From: a virus
Lineage: Duplodnaviria; Caudoviricetes
Direction: 5' to 3' (one strand)
DNA: 64,000 nt
Virus record (IMG/VR): IMGVR_UViG_3300042997_002652
Location: 96,001-160,000 of that record
Shown: positions 63,944 through 64,000 of the stretch, piece by piece
How the letters are laid out: every line of letters starts with the position of its first letter
How positions within the stretch are numbered: position 1 is the first letter of the stretch
Notes under the pieces: model-generated
The model's input: only the letters and a program-made list of their open reading frames with translations
Database searches by the model: none
Told to the model about the DNA's origin: nothing
Position numbers and translations under genes: made by a program

Positions 63944-64000
63944 TTAAATTTTAATCTCCAAAATGTTTCAATTTTTTCTTCTAATGTGGCCCAAAGTTCT

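Noticed and set aside
1-64000. Stop-codon reassignment (alternative genetic code)
   Set aside because: Conserved genes (terminase, helicase, UvsX, rIIA) are full length in the standard code and end on TAA, TAG or TGA.
1-64000. tRNA, rRNA, introns or inteins, integrase
   Set aside because: No cloverleaf or rRNA-like segment was recognised in the short intergenic gaps, core genes have normal lengths, and no recombinase motifs were seen. tRNAscan/Infernal were not run.

Overview
A 64-kb, AT-rich fragment of a large T4-like (probably myovirus, uncultured-type) dsDNA phage, standard genetic code, densely coding. It has virion genes (neck, tail terminator, fibre/structural proteins, terminase), a T4-type replication/recombination set (gp41 helicase, gp61 primase, UvsW, UvsX, UvsY, gp32, clamp-loader-like subunit), rIIA/rIIB, and an early region (about 24.1-37.8 kb) built from repeated sigma70 promoter cassettes that carry a second conserved motif, AAATCAAYAACTTA. 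Late genes are preceded by a TAAATA motif. The strongest candidate for an undescribed system is a + strand island at 37.9-47.5 kb of envelope-targeted proteins. It ends in a DUF1552 (HXXSHH) Tat protein and a TonB-dependent receptor - GT2 glycosyltransferase - PlcP-like phospholipase C operon, whose promoter has Pho-box-like repeats. This suggests phage-driven, phosphate-responsive remodelling of host membrane lipids. Other oddities: a 193-aa miniature DnaE-like polymerase coupled to a DEDDh exonuclease, a Pol-beta nucleotidyltransferase/ligase-like fusion, an ADP-ribosyltransferase-like protein with a head-targeting-type N-terminus, and an RBS-sequestering hairpin with a late promoter in its loop. 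No tRNA, rRNA, CRISPR array, integrase or reverse transcriptase was recognised. All family calls come from motif recognition by eye, not database searches.
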